64,000 bases of DNA from Candidatus Eiseniibacteriota bacterium (GCA_963783375.1 CAWANH010000028.1:1760001-1824000); one strand, 5' to 3'. Shown: positions 42,765 to 53,014, counted from the stretch's first letter. Numbers and translations are program-made. Notes: generated by a model from the sequence alone, not told the origin.

Positions 42765-44825
42765 ATGAAATCCAGAAACCCCTTGTGGGCGCTCGGCTTG
42801 ACCTTGGTGCTCCTCGCCCTGGCCCTTCCCGTCGCCGCCCAGGTTTTCACCAACCCCAGCTCCCAGGGCGGGGCCTCGGACCAGAAGTCGCTGACCCTGG
42901 CCGAGATCCGGCTCATTCTCCTCTCCCGGGACGTCTCGCCGGAGGTCATCGACAAGGTCCTCGGCGACTTCCCCGAGGACCGGACCTTCACCCAGGACGA
43001 GGCCCAGATCCTCATCGACAACACCACCGCCCTGGCCGGGCAGCGCGAGACCACGGCCCGGATGTCGACGGGACAGGCGGCGGGAACGCCCAAGGTTCAG
43101 GGTCCCGAGGCCGGCACCGCCGAGCCGATCCTTCCCCCCGGGACCGTTCCTCTTTTCGGCCAGTCCATCTTCCGCGGAGCGCCCGAGGAGTTCCAGCCCG
43201 CCCAGGACATCGCGGTGGGCCCGGACTACATCCTGGGAGCGGGGGACGAGCTCTCGATCGTGATCTGGGGAAGCGTCCAGAAGAACTGGAATCCGGTGAT
43301 CGCCCGGGACGGCACCGTCGCCCTCCCGGAGGTCGGCCTCATTCCCGTCGCCGGGACGAGCCTCGGCGAGTTCCGGGAGACCTTGAAGGCCCGCCTCTCC
43401 GGCGTGTATTCCGGATTCAACCTGAGCGTGACCTTGAGCACGCTCCGGAGCATCCAGGTTTCGGTCCTGGGCGACGTACGCCGCCCCGGCACCTACACCC
43501 TGAGTCCCCTCTCATCCTCCTTCAACGCGCTCTACTACGCGGGGGGACCGCTGGAAACCGGCACCCTCCGCCGGGTGAAGGTGTTCAAGGGGGACAGCCT
43601 CCTCGCCACCGTGGATCTCTACGGCCTTCTGCTCCGGGGGGAGAGCAAGGGGGACGTTCGCCTGGGGACCGACTACCGGGTATTCGTGCCGCCGGTCTTC
43701 GGCGTCGTCACCGTCCGGGGGGACGTCCGCCGGCCGGCGCGGTACGAGGTGAAGCCGACGGACACGGTCGCCGACCTCATACACTACGCGGGAGGGCTCA
43801 CCGCGACCTCCTACGCGCCGCGGGCCGTGCTGGACCGGGTGAACGGGCCGGGAGGGCGAGTCACCATCGACGTGGATCTGGCCACCGAGGCCGACACCGT
43901 CCTGGTGCGGGACGGCGACGCCCTCACCGTGTATCCGGTCTACCACGTGGAGCCCCGCCGCTACGTCTACGTGAGCGGGCAGGTCCAGAGCCCCGGCCGC
44001 TACGAGCTCTATCCCGGGATGACGGTGAGCGACCTCATCTACCGGGCGGGAAACACCCTGGAGGGTGTCTTCCTGGCTCGGGCCGAGCTCTCGCGCCTGT
44101 CCTCCGCCTCCGGGGATTCGGTGGCCTTTTCGGTGTTCTTCAACCTCGAGATTGCCCTGAAGCGGCCCCATTCGGAAGCCGACCTGACGCTCCTTCCCCA
44201 TGACCACCTCTACATCCGCCGTCGGCCGGGTTGGGCGCCGCAAGCCACGGTGGATCTCACCGGGGAGGTCCAGTTTCCCGGCACCTACACCCTGACCCGT
44301 CAAGGCGAGAAGCTGAACGAGATCCTGAAGCGGGGCGGAGGGTTCACCCTTCACGCATTCCCCTCGGCCGCCGGTCTCTTCCGCAGGGGGCAGGGACGGG
44401 TCATCGTGGATTTCGAGAAGGCCCTGAACCGTCCCGGGAGCCTGGAGAACGTGGCTCTGGTCGAAGGCGACTCGATCTTCGTCCCCCGCTACAACCAGAC
44501 CATCCAGGTGGTGGGGGCGGTGAGCCGGCCCGGCGCCCTGGTCTACCAGCCGGGCAAGACCGCCGACTACTATCTGAGGCGGACCGGGGGGCTGGCCGAG
44601 AACGCCGACAAGGGGAGGATCCAGATCGTGCGGGTGGACGGGGTGGCGCAGAACGCCCGCCGCTCCCTCTGGTTCGATCCCGAGGTCCCGCCGGGCGCGG
44701 TGATCGAGGTGGACACCAAACCGACGGGGGAGGAAGTGGACTGGATGGGGGCCATCCGGGACGCCACCACCATCATGAGCGGGCTCGCCACCACCATCTT
44801 CATCATCACCCAGATCAAGAAATGA
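42765..44825 (+). CDS. Polysaccharide export protein with multiple SLBB domains (Wza/KpsD-like)
   Basis: Signal peptide; DYILGAGDEL.I.IWG Poly_export motif; repeated V.V.G.V..PG.Y SLBB motifs; C-terminal helix. Confidence 0.92.
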   Translation: MKSRNPLWALGLTLVLLALALPVAAQVFTNPSSQGGASDQKSLTLAEIRLILLSRDVSPEVIDKVLGDFPEDRTFTQDEAQILIDNTTALAGQRETTARMSTGQAAGTPKVQGPEAGTAEPILPPGTVPLFGQSIFRGAPEEFQPAQDIAVGPDYILGAGDELSIVIWGSVQKNWNPVIARDGTVALPEVGLIPVAGTSLGEFRETLKARLSGVYSGFNLSVTLSTLRSIQVSVLGDVRRPGTYTLSPLSSSFNALYYAGGPLETGTLRRVKVFKGDSLLATVDLYGLLLRGESKGDVRLGTDYRVFVPPVFGVVTVRGDVRRPARYEVKPTDTVADLIHYAGGLTATSYAPRAVLDRVNGPGGRVTIDVDLATEADTVLVRDGDALTVYPVYHVEPRRYVYVSGQVQSPGRYELYPGMTVSDLIYRAGNTLEGVFLARAELSRLSSASGDSVAFSVFFNLEIALKRPHSEADLTLLPHDHLYIRRRPGWAPQATVDLTGEVQFPGTYTLTRQGEKLNEILKRGGGFTLHAFPSAAGLFRRGQGRVIVDFEKALNRPGSLENVALVEGDSIFVPRYNQTIQVVGAVSRPGALVYQPGKTADYYLRRTGGLAENADKGRIQIVRVDGVAQNARRSLWFDPEVPPGAVIEVDTKPTGEEVDWMGAIRDATTIMSGLATTIFIITQIKK

Positions 44826-46030
44826 CCGTGGACCGGCCCCCCTCCGGGATCACCCTCTCCGACTACGTCGTCATGGTCAGGCGGTGGTGGCGGACCGCCG
44901 CGGCGGTGGTGGGCGTCACCCTCCTGGTGACCCTCGTCCTCACGGTTGTCGCCGACCCGATCTACACCGCGCGCGCCACCCTGCTCCCCGAGTCGTCCGG
45001 TCCGGACGCCTCCGGTCTCACCAGCCTTCTCATGAACAACGTGGGAGTGCTTCCGGGCTTCGCCAACGGTCCCGCCACCGCGGGGGACGTGGCCATGTCC
45101 CTCCTCCAGAGCAAGTCCCTCGCCGGCGAGGTGGTGGACACCCTGAAGCTCGTCCAGGCCTGGGATCTCCACGAGGGGAACGACGTCGTTTCGCGGGAAG
45201 TCGCCATCGACAAGCTGCAGAAGGCCATTCGCATCACCCAGGACGAGCATACCCTGGTGAAGTTGTGGGTGGAGGACACCGATCCCGTCCGCGCGGCGGC
45301 CATCGCCAACGCCTACCTCGATGCCCTCGATCAGTCCAACCAGCAGTTCACCACCGGCTCCGCCGCCCGCACCCGTCGCTTCGTGGAGGAGCGCCTGAAA
45401 TCGACGGAGGCCGAGCTGGCCCAGGCCCAGGCCGATCTGGAGGCGTTCCAACGCAAGCACGGGGCTCTGGCCATGGACGAGCAGACCAAGACCTCGGTCC
45501 AGGTGGTGGCCAAGCTGCAGGGGGAGATCGAGGCCCTGAAGGCCAAGCGGGACGCCCTGCGGTTCTCGATGAGCAATCGTTCCTCCGAAGTGGGAACCCT
45601 CACCGCCCAGATCAACGCGCTCCAGGCCCGGGTCAAGAGCCTGGTCGCTCCGGAGGAGGGAGCGGAACAGAGCCACGGCGTGCTCCTCTCCCTTCAGGAC
45701 GTTCCCGCCCTCGCCGCGGAGTACGCGCGCCTGTACCTCGCCGTGGAGACCCAGTCCACGGTCTACGGAATGCTGTCCCAGCAGCTCGAGCAGGCCAAGA
45801 TCGAGGAGGCCCGAAACACCCCCACGGTGCGGATCCTGGATCGGGCCTCCCCGCCGCTGTACAAGACCCGGCCGAAGCGAAAGCTAAACCTGGTCGTGGG
45901 TCTGGCGCTGGGGTGCGCGTTCGCCCTCATCATCGTTCTGGTGCTGGACCGGCTGGCGCCGCGCGACGGGAGCGAGGCTTCGCGGTGGAGGAAGCTGCTT
46001 CGGAGGCCGCCGTTCTTCCGGGCGGCCTGA
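44822..46030 (+). CDS. Polysaccharide co-polymerase / chain-length determinant (Wzz/GumC-like, no kinase domain)
   Basis: Two TMs flank a coiled-coil region; ILDRA.PP....PK motif; overlaps the exporter stop codon. Confidence 0.9.
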   Translation: MTVDRPPSGITLSDYVVMVRRWWRTAAAVVGVTLLVTLVLTVVADPIYTARATLLPESSGPDASGLTSLLMNNVGVLPGFANGPATAGDVAMSLLQSKSLAGEVVDTLKLVQAWDLHEGNDVVSREVAIDKLQKAIRITQDEHTLVKLWVEDTDPVRAAAIANAYLDALDQSNQQFTTGSAARTRRFVEERLKSTEAELAQAQADLEAFQRKHGALAMDEQTKTSVQVVAKLQGEIEALKAKRDALRFSMSNRSSEVGTLTAQINALQARVKSLVAPEEGAEQSHGVLLSLQDVPALAAEYARLYLAVETQSTVYGMLSQQLEQAKIEEARNTPTVRILDRASPPLYKTRPKRKLNLVVGLALGCAFALIIVLVLDRLAPRDGSEASRWRKLLRRPPFFRAA

Positions 46031-46108
46031 GTGATCGTGCGCACGGGCAATGCCGGCGCTCCCCCGGATGGCCGGGCGGCAGCTCGGGGACGGCGCCCGG
46101 GGGGGCGG

Positions 46109-47116
46109 CTAGGCCCCGAGTGCGGCCAGCTCCTCCTCGGCCAGCCGGACCCAGGCCCGGGCGAACCGCTCGGCGGTGAACTCGCGGGCGAACGCACGGC
46201 CGCGTTCGACCAGGGCCCGGCGGCCCTCCAGGGCTTCGGCCACCGCCCGCGGAAGGTCTTCCGGCGCCTCCACCGTGATCTGGCCGGCTCCGGCCAGGAG
46301 CTCGGCCAGTCCGCCCCGGGGGCGCCCGACCACCGGGGTGCCGCAGAGAAGGGCCTCGTGAGCGGTCCGGTTCCAGCCCTCGAGGAAGCGGGAGAAGGCG
46401 ATCACCACGTCCGAGGCGGCCAGGAGCCGCCGGTAGTCCCGGGCGGAGAGCCGCAGGTTGGGAATCGGGAGTTCCACCTCGGGGACACCGCTGGTGACCA
46501 GCTGGAACGGGAAATCCCTGAGCGCTTGATGGGCCTCCACCACCCCCTTGGCCGCCTGGCAATTCCCCAGGTAGACCAGGGGGCGATCGTCGAAGCCCAT
46601 CTCGCTCCGGAAGGCGCGCCGCCCGGCGGCGTCCAGCCCGTAGGCTTCCACATCGAACCCGTTCGGGATCACGGTGGCCGGAAGCCGGGGGGCCAGGGGC
46701 GCCAGAGCCCGCGCCCAGTATTCGGCCACCACCACGAGTCGGTCGGCGCGGGGGAGCGCCCGGGCGAAGAGCCGCTCCAGCCGCCGGCTCACCGCCGGGC
46801 GGGGTATCTCCCGGGAATCCAGGTGGTGGATGAGAACGATCTGGCGGCCCCGGGGGCGACGAAGGCCCAGGGCGAGGGCGGGCAGGTAGGTCCGGACGGT
46901 AAGGTCCCAGCCGGGGTCCCGGAGTCCTCCCAGGACCGGTCGCAGACGACGGCCGGGGAGGCCGGTCAACCGGCGGGGGTAGACGCTCCGCACCTCGAGG
47001 GGGAAGGCTTTGCCGAGGGCGGCCTGAACGTCGTTCTCGTACGCGGAGCCGCCGGTGAGGCCGCTCCGTGCGTGCAACAGGCCGACGCATGGGGACGATG
47101 AGGGGTCGTGAGCCAA
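46109..47116 (-). CDS. Glycosyltransferase family 4, antisense to the cluster
   Basis: 3' part of ORF 46109..48397: VIPNGFD; KGV; SRFLEGWNRTAHEALLCGTPVV (EX7E). Start uncertain (TTG at 47116). Confidence 0.85.
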   Translation of the reverse strand: MAHDPSSSPCVGLLHARSGLTGGSAYENDVQAALGKAFPLEVRSVYPRRLTGLPGRRLRPVLGGLRDPGWDLTVRTYLPALALGLRRPRGRQIVLIHHLDSREIPRPAVSRRLERLFARALPRADRLVVVAEYWARALAPLAPRLPATVIPNGFDVEAYGLDAAGRRAFRSEMGFDDRPLVYLGNCQAAKGVVEAHQALRDFPFQLVTSGVPEVELPIPNLRLSARDYRRLLAASDVVIAFSRFLEGWNRTAHEALLCGTPVVGRPRGGLAELLAGAGQITVEAPEDLPRAVAEALEGRRALVERGRAFAREFTAERFARAWVRLAEEELAALGA

Positions 47117-47140
47117 GGAAGTTCCGAGGGAAGAGGACCC

Positions 47141-48586
47141 GTGAACACCAGCACGCGGCAGTCTAGCAGCGCCCCCCAGGGGGGTCAACGCGCCGAGCTC
47201 CGCCGCCGGATGATGGCGGGGACGGCGGGTTACGTGGCGCTCCGAGCGACCACCGGGGCCCTGGGGGTCCTGGCCAGCCTCTTTCTCTACCGCCTCCTCG
47301 GGCCGGACCAGGCCGGTCGGCTCCAGCTCGTGCTGGCCATGGGGATGACCCTGGGCGCGGTGGCCGGGCTCGGCTTCTACGATACCCTGGCCCGCTTCGT
47401 CCCCGAACGAAGCCCGGAGGAGGGCCTGGGCCTCTTCCGTCGCGCGCTGAGCCTGAACGGCCTGGCCATCCTCGCGGGGGTGGCGGTCTTCGTTTTCCTC
47501 TGGTCCCTCGGGTGGGGGATTCCCCCCGAGGTGCGCCGGGTGGGAGGGCTCTTCCTGGTCTTTGCCGCCGCCTACGCCCTCTACACCACGTCCCTGGGGA
47601 TGCTCCGGGGCCGGGGAATGCTCACCACCATTCCCCGTCTGGATCTCGGGGTCAACTTCGGATCCAAAGCGGCGGCGGTCGGCGTCGTGCTTCTGATCCC
47701 GGGCTACGTCTCCGCCTTCACCGCCCACGTCGTGGTGCAGGTGGGCATGCTGGTCCTGGCGTTCTGGCTCGTGCGGGACGTGGTCCGGCACCCCGCCATC
47801 CGTCTGGGGCGGGTGGAGAGCCGGTTCGGTTTTCTCATCCTGGTGGGGACCGTGCTCCAGCTTCTCCTCAGCACGGTGGACATCTACGTCCTGAGGATTC
47901 TTCTCGGCCCCCACGAGGTGGGACTCTTCGCCGCGGGTTCGCGGGTGCCCCTCCTGGCCGAGCGCATCGTGCTCTCTCCCATGGGCGTCCCGCTCCTCTA
48001 CTACTTCAGCCATCCCGAGTACGGCGGAATGAGGGAGGCGGTGGTGCGGCAGGGAACCCGGCTCTCCGGGGCGCTTCTCGGCTACGCGGCGCTTCTCCTG
48101 GCTGCGGCCGCCCCCCTCATCATCCGGATCCTCCTCGGTCCCGCCTACCTGGAGAGCATCGGCATCGCCCGGGTCTACGCGGCCCACGCCCTCGGAATGG
48201 GGCTTCTCATCTTCTCGGTGCCCCTCTACGGGAGCCTCAACCGGCCGGAGTACGGGATCATCCAGGGGCTCGTCACCTTCATCCTCAACCTCGGTCTGGA
48301 CCTGCTCCTCATCCCCCGATACGGTCCGATCGGCGCCGCCTATGCCGGGGTGATCGCGGTCGGGACGACCGCCCTGGGAGCGACGTGGTTCTTCCATGCC
48401 CGGCTGGGCATCGATGTGCGCTGGCCGGTGGCCGGAATCGTGCTCCTCTACGCGGGTTGCTTCCTGCTCCTCACCACCCCGTTCTTCTGGGCGGGGTTGG
48501 TGGTCTACCCCGCCGCCCTCTGGCCGCTTCGGCTGCTCCGGCGCGGGGACTTCCGTCTCCTGCTCAGGCGGAGGGCGGAGGCATGA
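47141..48586 (+). CDS. Wzx-type oligosaccharide flippase
   Basis: About 12 or more hydrophobic segments; RLLGP...G; D...L...LG..EVG.F; LLIP.YG..GAA.A. Confidence 0.9.
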   Translation: MNTSTRQSSSAPQGGQRAELRRRMMAGTAGYVALRATTGALGVLASLFLYRLLGPDQAGRLQLVLAMGMTLGAVAGLGFYDTLARFVPERSPEEGLGLFRRALSLNGLAILAGVAVFVFLWSLGWGIPPEVRRVGGLFLVFAAAYALYTTSLGMLRGRGMLTTIPRLDLGVNFGSKAAAVGVVLLIPGYVSAFTAHVVVQVGMLVLAFWLVRDVVRHPAIRLGRVESRFGFLILVGTVLQLLLSTVDIYVLRILLGPHEVGLFAAGSRVPLLAERIVLSPMGVPLLYYFSHPEYGGMREAVVRQGTRLSGALLGYAALLLAAAAPLIIRILLGPAYLESIGIARVYAAHALGMGLLIFSVPLYGSLNRPEYGIIQGLVTFILNLGLDLLLIPRYGPIGAAYAGVIAVGTTALGATWFFHARLGIDVRWPVAGIVLLYAGCFLLLTTPFFWAGLVVYPAALWPLRLLRRGDFRLLLRRRAEA

Positions 48587-49521
48587 GCGGGGTGGAGATG
48601 GTGGTGGTGTCCTACAACACCCGCGAGCTTCTGGCCGCGTGCCTGGACGGAATCGCCCGGGCGACCCCGGAACCTCCGGTCACGGTGGTGGACAGCGCTT
48701 CCACCGACGGGAGCGCGGAGATGGTGCGGGAGCGTTTCACCGGGGTGAATCTCCTGGCGCTGGAAGAGAACCGAGGGTTCGCCGCCGCGGTGAACCGGGG
48801 GGTCGCACAGGGAACGGCGCCCCGGATCCTGCTCCTGAACGCGGACACCGAGTTCGTCGGGGACCCGTTGACCCCGTTGCTTTCCGCGATGGACGCGCAT
48901 CCCGGCTGGGCGGCCGCCGCCCCCCGGCTGGTTTACCCCGACGGAAGGGAGCAGGAGAGCCGGGAGCCCTTTCCCGAGGTCGGCTCGGTCCTCACCGGCT
49001 TCTTCCGCCGGGATCGGCGTCGCTCCACCCGCGGATCACCCCGGGGGGTGGAGATCACGTCCGACGCGGGAAGACGCCCGGCGTGGTATCCGATGGGGGC
49101 GGCGCTGCTCCTCGGTCGAGAGGCCCTGGAGGCGGTGGGCCCCCTCGACGAGTCGTACTTCTTCTACCTGGAAGAGGTGGACTGGTTTCGTCGCGCGGCG
49201 AGGGCCGGCTGGGGGTGGGGTCTCGTCCCCGAGGCCCGGGTGGTTCATCATCTGGGGGCGAGCCTCCGCCGGGCCGATCCCCTCCTGGAGGCCCGGATCA
49301 AGCGCAACTGGTACCGCTCCCGGCTCCGCTACTTTCGCCGGCACGAGGGAGGCCTTCGGTATGCGCTCCTGCGCGGAGGGTCTATCCCGTTCCTGGCCGC
49401 CAATGCCCTCCGCCATGGTCTCCGCGCCTGGCGGAGCCACGACCCCATCGAGCGCGAGCGGGCGCGGCTGGCCGCGGAGATCCTCGAGGATTACCTGCGC
49501 CGGAGGATCGAGCCGTGCTGA
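48583..49521 (+). CDS. Glycosyltransferase family 2 (rhamnosyltransferase-like)
   Basis: VVSYNT; VVDSASTDGS; NRGFAAAVN; LLNAD; DESYFFYLEEVDW. Confidence 0.92.
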   Translation: MSGVEMVVVSYNTRELLAACLDGIARATPEPPVTVVDSASTDGSAEMVRERFTGVNLLALEENRGFAAAVNRGVAQGTAPRILLLNADTEFVGDPLTPLLSAMDAHPGWAAAAPRLVYPDGREQESREPFPEVGSVLTGFFRRDRRRSTRGSPRGVEITSDAGRRPAWYPMGAALLLGREALEAVGPLDESYFFYLEEVDWFRRAARAGWGWGLVPEARVVHHLGASLRRADPLLEARIKRNWYRSRLRYFRRHEGGLRYALLRGGSIPFLAANALRHGLRAWRSHDPIERERARLAAEILEDYLRRRIEPC

Positions 49522-51002
49522 GCGGACGCGTCACCGCCGAACGCTGGTCGGGACCGGTGACCTGGTCCGTCCTGACCGCGGGGACCCTGGCGCTGCTCGG
49601 GGTCTTGGGCGCCATGGTGGTCCGCCACGGTCCGGTGGTGCTCCTGGTGCCCTTGCTCGTTCCGCTCACCGTCATCGCGCTCACCCGGCCGGTGTTCGCG
49701 GTCTACGTCCTCGCCTTCACCTCACCCCTCACCTCGGGCATGGCCCGGGGCCTGGTGGTTCCGTTCTTCCGTCCGAACGAACTGGTGCTCTTTCCCCTGG
49801 TCTACGTGGCCGCGGTCACCTTCCTGGCCCGGAAGCGTTCCTACCGGTTCACCTGGGGGGACGGGGTCCTTCTCTTCTTCCTCTTCTTCCGGGTGGCGCT
49901 CCCCACCGCGATCTTCCTCTTCCGGGGCGAACCGTGGAGCTTCTTCGCGGCCAAGACCCTCTTCGGTCCCCTGCAGTACTACGTGATCTACCGCATGGCG
50001 GTGGAGTGTGTGGAGGACCCCCGGCAGGTCCGCCAGGCCGTCTTCCTGATGCTCCTGGCTTCGGGAATCGTCTCGTTCGTGGGGATTCTCCAAGCCCTCC
50101 AGGTGCCGGGCATCAACGTCTTCCTGGAGACGTGGTATCCCTCGAACAAGAAGATCTTCACCTTCATCTTCGCCCGGCGGGTGACCAGCCTGTGGGCGGG
50201 GGACTGGAATGGGGTGGCGGTGTACCTGTCGATGTGCACCGTGCTCGCGCTCGGTACCTTTCATCTCTTCGAGCGACGCTGGCGACGCATGCTGGTCGTC
50301 TTTCTGGGCACCCTCGATCTGGTGGTGGTCTTCCTGACCGCATCCTTCACCGGGACCGTGGCCCTCTTCCTGGGCCTCTTCGTGCTCCTCTTCAAGAGCC
50401 CTCCGGCCAAACGGTTGGTGAAGCCCCTCCTCGTCCTGTCGCCGCTGGTGGGCATCGTTCTGGGCACGGTGTTCTGGAAGATCCTGAGCGAGCGGTTCCA
50501 GATCCAGTTCGGAAGCGCCGCTTCCTCCCTGATCCCCCTCTCCTTCCGGATCCGGATGACCATGTGGCGGGAGCTCATGTGGCCCTGGGTGGAACGGTTC
50601 TGGGTGTGGGGACTTGGTCCCTACCGCTGGGGATGGCCGGTGGAGGAGAGCTACTACATGTTCCTGATCCTGAAGGGCGGGTTCCTGGCCATCCTCTCCT
50701 ACTTCGCGCTCGTGGCGGTGATGCTGGTCCGTCTCCGCCGCTACTTCCCCTGGACGGGCCGGTGGCAGGGGGCGGTGGCCCTGGTCCTGTGGATCCAGCT
50801 CCTCCAGATCCTCATTTCCAACATCACCGGGAGCCATTTCGAAGCGAACGGGGTTGCGGAGATCATGTTCCTTCTGTTCGGATTCCTGATGGCGGGGGAG
50901 GTCCGCGGCCGGGGCCTGGCCTGGCTCCGCGAAACCGGCCGTCGTGGCCTCGGGCCGGGGTACGATCCGCTCGAGGCGACCGGGGAGCCCCATCGCCCAT
51001 GA
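49515..51002 (+). CDS. Wzy polymerase / O-antigen ligase-like membrane protein
   Basis: Polytopic; SF.IR..MW, WGLG and ESYY segments resemble the Wzy_C loop; located in the cluster. Confidence 0.75.
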   Translation: MLSGRVTAERWSGPVTWSVLTAGTLALLGVLGAMVVRHGPVVLLVPLLVPLTVIALTRPVFAVYVLAFTSPLTSGMARGLVVPFFRPNELVLFPLVYVAAVTFLARKRSYRFTWGDGVLLFFLFFRVALPTAIFLFRGEPWSFFAAKTLFGPLQYYVIYRMAVECVEDPRQVRQAVFLMLLASGIVSFVGILQALQVPGINVFLETWYPSNKKIFTFIFARRVTSLWAGDWNGVAVYLSMCTVLALGTFHLFERRWRRMLVVFLGTLDLVVVFLTASFTGTVALFLGLFVLLFKSPPAKRLVKPLLVLSPLVGIVLGTVFWKILSERFQIQFGSAASSLIPLSFRIRMTMWRELMWPWVERFWVWGLGPYRWGWPVEESYYMFLILKGGFLAILSYFALVAVMLVRLRRYFPWTGRWQGAVALVLWIQLLQILISNITGSHFEANGVAEIMFLLFGFLMAGEVRGRGLAWLRETGRRGLGPGYDPLEATGEPHRP

Positions 51003-52603
51003 CCGGAAGGAAACCAGCGAGCGTGACGCGATCCACCCTCATCCTCATCGTGACGGCGGCGTTCTGGGGGGCGATCGTCCCGCCGGCCGGGGCCACCGAC
51101 ATCTCGGCCGGGGTGATGGCCGGGGACCCGAGCTACCGGGAGCTTCGGTTGGCCGCCGACCTGGGGCTTCTGGCCGGGCCTTACCCCGGGGGTCAACCGA
51201 TCTCCCGGGCCGAGGCCTTCCGGCTCCTCCGGCCCCTGGCCCTGGAGCTTCAGCAGGGGACGGCGGTGGACCCCACCCGGGGCGTCACCCCCGCCCTGGC
51301 GCGGCGCCTGGACCGGTTCCGTCTCGAGATCTGTCCGTGGGAGGACTTCTGGGAGAAGGGGGAGTACCCGGTCACGCTGTGGGCCTGGTTCCCCCGGCGG
51401 GTGGCCTTGAACGGGAGCGAGGTCGAGCGCGGCCGAATCGCCCCCGACTACCTGGGCTACGGCTACGACCACCGGCAGGGAGCCACCGCGGAGGTCGACA
51501 ACACGCTCTTCGTGGAAGGCGTCGGGTTCGCGGTCCAGGAGTACGGGCGTCTCCGCTTCGACGCCGGCGCCCTCAGCTACCGGCCGCTGGTGCTGAGCCT
51601 CCGGACGGGCTGGAAGAACTTCCGGGTGATCTACGGACGGGAGCCCTTGACCTGGGGCCCGGGGGTGCATGGAAACCTTCTCCTCACCACCAACGCGCGT
51701 CCCCTGGATCAGCTCCGGTTGGAGTCGGACTCCCCCTTCCCGCTCCCCGGCCCGCTCCGCGGGATCGGGCGCTTCACCGCCGCCGCCTTCATCTCCCACC
51801 TCGGCGACAACCGTCGCGTCGACGCCCCCGATCCCTGGCTCACCGGGGTGCGCTTCACCTGGTCCCCGGCCCGCTGGCTCCTCCTGGGAGCGAACCGCAC
51901 CGTGCTCCTGGGGGGAAAGGGCCACCCGTTCATCATCACCCCGCGTTCGTTCTGGGAAGTGCTCTGGGCGACCCACGAACACGGGGTGGGGGACTCCCGA
52001 AACGACGCCGATCAGATCGCCTCGGTGGACTGGAGCCTCTATCTGTGGCCGGTGCTCCGGCCGCTGCCCCTCCTGGACGGGGGGCGGATCTACGGGGAAT
52101 ACGGCGGCGAGGACAGCCGGCAAAAGGGGCCGTTTCCCGCGGTTCCCGGGCACACCTATGGGATCGAGCTGGTGGCCGGGGGGGGCGTGCTCGTTCGTGC
52201 CGAGGCCGCGGCGAATCTCGACGACAAGAACCTCTGGTACTGGCACACCGTCTACCGGGACGGCTATACCTACCGGGGACGGGTGATCGGCCACCCCATG
52301 GGAGGGGACAGCCGGGCCCAGTCCTACGATCTGGAGGTCCCGCTGGGCTCCTGGGGCCTCGCGGTGGCGTCGATGGAACGCCAGGAGCACGGCTTTCGGG
52401 CCCGCCCCGGAATTCCCCCCATCGACGCCGCCCCGCCCATTCCCCACGGCGTCCAGGACACCTTCAAGCTGGCGGTGGAGCACTACGTGGGCCCCTTCCC
52501 GGGAGGGATCCGCCTGGAGGGCCGGGTGCTCCGGGAGTGGGGGGCTCCCGGCCGCCTGGGATCCCTGGAGAAGTGGGGGGTGACCCTGTCATGGTGGCGG
52601 TGA
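50999..52603 (+). CDS. Capsule assembly Wzi family outer-membrane protein
   Basis: Signal peptide; GREPLTWGPG..GNLLL..NARP; Y....Y.DGYTYRGRVIGHPMG.D. Confidence 0.88.
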   Translation: MTGRKPASVTRSTLILIVTAAFWGAIVPPAGATDISAGVMAGDPSYRELRLAADLGLLAGPYPGGQPISRAEAFRLLRPLALELQQGTAVDPTRGVTPALARRLDRFRLEICPWEDFWEKGEYPVTLWAWFPRRVALNGSEVERGRIAPDYLGYGYDHRQGATAEVDNTLFVEGVGFAVQEYGRLRFDAGALSYRPLVLSLRTGWKNFRVIYGREPLTWGPGVHGNLLLTTNARPLDQLRLESDSPFPLPGPLRGIGRFTAAAFISHLGDNRRVDAPDPWLTGVRFTWSPARWLLLGANRTVLLGGKGHPFIITPRSFWEVLWATHEHGVGDSRNDADQIASVDWSLYLWPVLRPLPLLDGGRIYGEYGGEDSRQKGPFPAVPGHTYGIELVAGGGVLVRAEAAANLDDKNLWYWHTVYRDGYTYRGRVIGHPMGGDSRAQSYDLEVPLGSWGLAVASMERQEHGFRARPGIPPIDAAPPIPHGVQDTFKLAVEHYVGPFPGGIRLEGRVLREWGAPGRLGSLEKWGVTLSWWR

Positions 52604-52658
52604 TCCCGGCCGCCGGCGCCCCCGCGGACCCGCCGGTCGCCGGCGGGGAGGGTCGCCG

Positions 52659-52835
52659 GTGAAGGAGTGCCCCAACTGCGCGGTGGACGTCCCCGACGCG
52701 GCCTCGGTCTGCCCCATCTGCCGCTACGAGTTTCCCCGCCGTGGCGCCCTCCCCTGGAAGCCGGTGGCGGCGGTGGTGCTGGTCGCCTTCCTGCTTCCGG
52801 TGGTCTGGCTTCTGCTCCGGCTCCTGGCCCGCTGA
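52659..52835 (+). CDS. Small zinc-ribbon membrane protein (58 aa; absent from the ORF track)
   Basis: RBS GGGGAGG then GTG; MKECPNCAVDVPDAASVCPICRYEF followed by a hydrophobic TM (VAAVVLVAFLLPVVWLLL); two CxxC motifs. Confidence 0.8.
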   Translation: MKECPNCAVDVPDAASVCPICRYEFPRRGALPWKPVAAVVLVAFLLPVVWLLLRLLAR

Positions 52836-53014
52836 TCCGGGGCCCCTCCCGCTTTCCCGACCGAACCGTTCTCTTTAGTGAAATTGTTCTATGTTGTTGT
52901 TTCGGAGTGGAACGACTTGTTAAATGTTGAACCGGAATGCAACAGCCGCGGGGCGTCGCCCGGTTCCTGTTCCGGCCAAGTGGGGAACCGGGGCGCCTGC
53001 GGCCGGAGACCGAT

